Positions 60,153 to 64,000 of a stretch of DNA of 64,000 nucleotides are shown piece by piece. Origin of the DNA: Candidatus Kapaibacterium sp. (GTDB lineage Bacteria; Bacteroidota; Ignavibacteria; Kapaibacteriales; UBA2268); contig OY762428.1 of NCBI GenBank assembly GCA_963665665.1, positions 3,296,001 to 3,360,000 of the forward strand. Reading direction: 5' to 3'. Every line of letters begins with the position of its first letter. Position 1 is the first letter of the stretch. The notes under the pieces were generated by a model. The model ran no database searches. It saw only the letters and a program-made list of their open reading frames with translations, and was not told where the DNA came from. Position numbers and translations under genes: made by a program.

Positions 60153-60365
60153 ATGAGAAAATGGTTCAAACTTTTCGCGGCTATTGGCCTGATTGCAATA
60201 TTTATTGTTTACATAGCCCCGTTGATATCAACAATTCCCGGTATGAAGGAAATGACTGAGTCCAACAGGAAAAATGGAATCGATGCAAAAACTCTTTTTT
60301 ATACCGAAACTGAACAGTTCAACAGTACAAGTAATTACATGACAAATATTAACAGGGAAAATTGA
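60153..60365 (+). CDS. Small membrane-anchored hypothetical protein, probably co-transcribed with the YeiH gene
   Basis: 70 aa from the ATG at 60153; one TM helix; IDAKTLFYTE motif. Confidence 0.6.
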   Translation: MRKWFKLFAAIGLIAIFIVYIAPLISTIPGMKEMTESNRKNGIDAKTLFYTETEQFNSTSNYMTNINREN

Positions 60366-60408
60366 TTAGAAAATGTGCTAAAGAATTGTTTATAGGAAAA
60401 GATCGGGA

Positions 60409-60449
60409 AAGAACGCTTCAAAACGGGATGGGATTTTGAAGCGTTTCTT
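60409..60449. terminator. Bidirectional hairpin terminator
   Basis: aacgcttcaaaa ... ttttgaagcgtt. Confidence 0.7.
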
Positions 60450-60811
60450 TAATTTTGGTTTTCACTTCCTGATTTCTCGTCTTTGTTTTGTAAAACTTTA
60501 AGGTTTTCGTCTGTTGCAGGGAGCTTGCTTATTTCATCGTCTAATTTTGGAATATCCGAATCATTTACTGTTTTTTTGTCATACAGTTTGACTACTGGCA
60601 GTTTGGCTGGAACAGATTTGTTTTTTGTAGCAGCCCTTTCAGTTGGAACAACTGTGTTAAAAATCCCTTCATTTGGCAATAGCTGCTTCTGATCCTTACC
60701 CTTAACCATTTCAACATTACTGTATGTATCATCCGTACCAACTGGCATATCCGAACAGGATACCATAGCAAAAAATGCAAACGCTGCGCAAAGTCCGATA
60801 AGCTTCTTCAT
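60449..60811 (-). CDS. Hypothetical lipoprotein
   Basis: 120 aa; lipobox MVSC; GGAGG RBS. Confidence 0.7.
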   Translation of the reverse strand: MKKLIGLCAAFAFFAMVSCSDMPVGTDDTYSNVEMVKGKDQKQLLPNEGIFNTVVPTERAATKNKSVPAKLPVVKLYDKKTVNDSDIPKLDDEISKLPATDENLKVLQNKDEKSGSENQN

Positions 60812-61039
60812 AAATCCTCCGTTTGTAAAATATATAGTAAAAAATAATTATCAAAAAATATTTAAAATCAATTAATCCTTATCAGGATTCTGAGTTTTGT
60901 GGATGGGTTTAATATTTAGTACGCTGTCATTTTTACTATGTTTCAAAAAAAATAAAAAAAATTGAGATAAATTGGACTTGAGCTTTATATCATAATAGTT
61001 AACTTTGTAGTTAGTAAATTTTATTAACGGGAATAACAG

Positions 61040-62314
61040 ATGTACAGAACTATTATATTGATTTTAAGTTTATTTGCAGTAATTTCCTGCCGTTCGGTTA
61101 ATCCGGAAAAAGCAGTTGTTGATTATCATTCAGCTATGGATATTTTAAAAAAAGGCGATCTTGATTCAGCCTTCATGCTTCTGAATCAGGCAATTGAAGC
61201 TGATCCGGAAATGCATAAAGCATACTATAGCCGTGCTGCAATATTCAATACTTATAAAGGCCAGAAACAAAATGCAATAAACGATCTTGTTGAAACAGTT
61301 CGCCTTAAACCTGATTTTGCCCCGGCTTATCATCTGCTGGGAAGAATTTATATTGATACTGCTGATTATATTAATGCTGCGGAATCCTTTACAAAAGCTA
61401 TTGCTATTGAACCTGATATTAAGGAACACTATTATTTTCGCGGTAAGGCAAACCTGGAAATAAAAAAATTTAACGAGGCTCTGGATGACTTTGAAAAAGC
61501 AATATCAATTGATCCACATTTTGCTCCTGCACTTCTCGAAGCAGGCCACAGCTATCTGAAGATCGGCAAGCCATTTGATGCCATTAAAGCTCTTGACAGC
61601 GCAGAGTTCTACGGAGCATCCAAAATTGACCGTACTTATGAATATAGGGGATTGAGCTATTACTTTGTTAATAATTATGAAGCGGCCCTTAAAGATTTTT
61701 CAAATGCATGCAAGCTGAACCCGAATAACACTACTGCTTTGTTCAACAGGGCAAATGTGAATTCTCTGCTTGGCAACTTAGAAGAAGCAATTGAGGATTT
61801 TACAGCTAATATTGCTTTGGAATCCGACAATGCCCTGCTTTATTTCAGCAGGGGAAACCGATACCACCTGAAGAAAAAATATTATCTTGCTATCAGTGAT
61901 TTCGAAAAAGCCCTGGAACTTAAACCGGGCTATGAAGAAGCATATCTAAATATGGCATACAGCCAGTTTGCTATCGGAAATATTACGCTTACAGAAAAGT
62001 ATCTTGATAGTGCTATTATAACAAATCCGGGCTATAATGAAGCTTTGGAAATGAAAGGTATGCTGCTGAGGGAAACAAACAGGCCTAACGAGAGTTTTAA
62101 GCTGCTCGAAAAATCTATTGAACGCGATCCTGATTATCCATTGTTTTATTTCGAGTTAGCTCTTACATGGGACAGCATTCTCCTTCATGATAAGGCAATT
62201 GACAGCATGGAAACTTTCCTGGAAAAATCAGCAAAAATGGCCAGGCTCAGAGGTAAATATAAAGAAGGAAAGAGACTTATTGAGTTATGGAAGAAAAAAT
62301 ACAAAGCGGAATAA
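61040..62314 (+). CDS. TPR-repeat lipoprotein
   Basis: Lipobox VISC; many A..DF..A..L.P....Y..RG repeats; TAACTTTG -7 element at 61000-61007. Confidence 0.9.
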   Translation: MYRTIILILSLFAVISCRSVNPEKAVVDYHSAMDILKKGDLDSAFMLLNQAIEADPEMHKAYYSRAAIFNTYKGQKQNAINDLVETVRLKPDFAPAYHLLGRIYIDTADYINAAESFTKAIAIEPDIKEHYYFRGKANLEIKKFNEALDDFEKAISIDPHFAPALLEAGHSYLKIGKPFDAIKALDSAEFYGASKIDRTYEYRGLSYYFVNNYEAALKDFSNACKLNPNNTTALFNRANVNSLLGNLEEAIEDFTANIALESDNALLYFSRGNRYHLKKKYYLAISDFEKALELKPGYEEAYLNMAYSQFAIGNITLTEKYLDSAIITNPGYNEALEMKGMLLRETNRPNESFKLLEKSIERDPDYPLFYFELALTWDSILLHDKAIDSMETFLEKSAKMARLRGKYKEGKRLIELWKKKYKAE

Positions 62315-62337
62315 TAAATTAAGCTGTTAACTTTTTG

Positions 62338-62541
62338 GTTACAACTCAGCATAAAGGAAAAATATGTTAACTGTTATAAAAAAAATTCCAAAAAATTGTC
62401 ACTCTGAACGAAGTGAAGAGTCTATTCTTCGTGATTTTATCCAAAAACATGTGGATTCTTCAGTCGCTTCGCTCCATCAGAATGACAATTGTGCAATGAT
62501 TCTTTTCAAACAGAATAATATCATCATAGCTGAGTAGTAAC
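62338..62541. mobile_element. 204-bp non-autonomous element (MITE) with 13-bp TIRs and an 8-bp target-site duplication
   Basis: Left GTTACAACTCAGC (62338-62350) and right GCTGAGTAGTAAC (62529-62541) are 12/13 complementary; ACTTTTTG at 62330-62337 and 62542-62549; internal REP-like palindrome 62398-62486. Confidence 0.8.
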
Positions 62542-62623
62542 ACTTTTTGTATGTTTTCCGCCTGGAAAATTTGAAAAAGCCATATGGTGGCTAAAACCAT
62601 TTATTGATATAATATTTTTATAT

Positions 62624-64000
62624 TCAGAAACTAAGCCGGGAACACCAGCTGAAAAAATTGAATTCTTCGAAAAAATTATCTGTTAGCTGCTTGTTTGAAA
62701 TTAAACTGAATTTTTTCAAACATTCATTTCTGATTTTCTCTTTTTTTATTTTACTGTTTGTATTTATAAGCCTTTTAAACATTGTAAACATTATCTTTTC
62801 AATTTCATTTATGGTTCTTTTATGTTTCAATGATTTTGTCCATGAATGAATTTCATTGTCCAATAGCTCGTAATATCCTAACTGGTAGTAGATTATGAAT
62901 GAGTATAGTTTGTAAACCGAATCTTTATATGCCTCGCCCTTTTCAGAATATCTGAATTTCAGGCATGTGAATGCCTCATCATATTTATCGCAGATAATAT
63001 AAGCACGCAGCAATAAAATGATAAGGTAATTAACATCAAACTTCATCAACTTTCCTGAATGTTCTTCAAGAAATTTACGTGCACTTTCCGCTGTTTCCAG
63101 GTTCTTTTCATAATTATTTGTTTTATAATATAGTTCAAAGCTTCTTGTAAAAACAGTTTCCGAGATATATAAATTATCGATTTCAGAATATCTGTTGTCT
63201 TTCAATTCCCGGATAATTGATTCAAATTTATTTTCATCATGATGAAGAGCAATAAAATAAAGATAATTGCTTAGATTTTGCAAAATGGTTTTATTATCGA
63301 AAAGATAAGGATAGTTTTTGATCAAAGAATTCTGTTCACTGATGATCCTGTAACATGCCTGGTAATCCTTAATTAAATAAAACCTCAGGCTATTCGCATA
63401 TAGCCAAAGGTTTTCAGCTTTAACACTCAGGAAATCACCCTTGGAATCAAGCAGGGGATTAGAAAATAATTCCGGATACTTATCGCTATTGATAACTATT
63501 GACGATTGGGAAAATTGGATTTTCTGCAAACGTACGATAATTCTTTTTAAACTATTCAATGTATTTATATTTATAATCAAGTTGTTTCTTTCTTCTTCAA
63601 GCTTTTGTATTTCATCCTTTCCGGTTATGTAACCATATTCAAAATAGAGCATTTCTTCTTTTTCAATTAAAAGCAACAGCAGGTTGAATTCTTCATATTT
63701 GTAGGCTTTTAGTTTCAGCTTCATGATTTTCTTTCCGGCAGCTGATTTCTGATTTTTCAGCATTAGGGCATTTATTTCCTGAATACCTTTTAAAATGGAC
63801 ATATAAATGTTCTTACCGTTATGGTAATCCACAAGTGAATCGATCAGCCTTTGCATCAGATACCTTTTTTCTGCTGATATATATTTTTCTATGTTTTTTG
63901 TTTCAGGATTCTTCTTCAAAATAGACTTCTTAATACAGCTGTATTTGTCAATATGCTCAAATAAACGTATATGATTGGGTTTCTTCCGGCTGCTTTTATT
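62624..64000 (-). CDS. Helical (TPR-like) hypothetical protein of a Bacteroidota family; 5' end lies beyond the window
   Basis: Frame stays open from 64000 (NKSSRKKPNHIRLFEHID...) to the stop at 62624; ends FEEFNFFSW; very AT-rich. Confidence 0.7.
   Translation of the reverse strand, partial: NKSSRKKPNHIRLFEHIDKYSCIKKSILKKNPETKNIEKYISAEKRYLMQRLIDSLVDYHNGKNIYMSILKGIQEINALMLKNQKSAAGKKIMKLKLKAYKYEEFNLLLLLIEKEEMLYFEYGYITGKDEIQKLEEERNNLIININTLNSLKRIIVRLQKIQFSQSSIVINSDKYPELFSNPLLDSKGDFLSVKAENLWLYANSLRFYLIKDYQACYRIISEQNSLIKNYPYLFDNKTILQNLSNYLYFIALHHDENKFESIIRELKDNRYSEIDNLYISETVFTRSFELYYKTNNYEKNLETAESARKFLEEHSGKLMKFDVNYLIILLLRAYIICDKYDEAFTCLKFRYSEKGEAYKDSVYKLYSFIIYYQLGYYELLDNEIHSWTKSLKHKRTINEIEKIMFTMFKRLINTNSKIKKEKIRNECLKKFSLISNKQLTDNFFEEFNFFSWCSRLSF

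Noticed and set aside
1-64000. CRISPR array, rRNA, intact transposase or integrase, prophage
   Set aside because: No regularly spaced repeat-spacer array and no such genes recognised; the repeats found are dispersed palindromes

Overview
AT-rich bacterial window of the FCB/Bacteroidota-Chlorobi radiation, most consistent with an Ignavibacteria/Kapabacteria-like organism (inferred from porU-porV, many T9SS C-terminal-domain proteins, an IgGFc-binding protein and TTTG-N19-20-TAnnTTTG promoters). It is mostly ordinary chromosome: T9SS attachment genes (porU, porV) among secreted metalloproteases and other T9SS cargo, tRNA-Gly(GCC), a CAT tRNA (probably Ile2), and housekeeping genes (S1-domain protein, ade, coaX, coaBC, gcvT, glnA). 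I found no CRISPR array, rRNA or intact transposase. Highlights: (1) an orphan 87-aa RiPP-precursor-like peptide with a YxxPxL leader and six CxxG repeats; (2) a soluble [FeFe]-hydrogenase-like domain fused to a chemoreceptor; (3) a small secreted protein with a 'TWGxIKxxFR' tail where a T9SS CTD would normally sit; (4) a CHASE-PAS pseudokinase and two tandem Asp-less receivers; (5) a 204-bp MITE with 13-bp TIRs and an 8-bp target duplication, carrying a REP-like palindrome that recurs four times; (6) relics of a toxin-antitoxin pair, a restriction-modification gene and a T9SS propeller gene; (7) an 11-bp-phased TGACA array upstream of a secreted 5'-nucleotidase. All product calls come from motif recognition by eye, not database searches.
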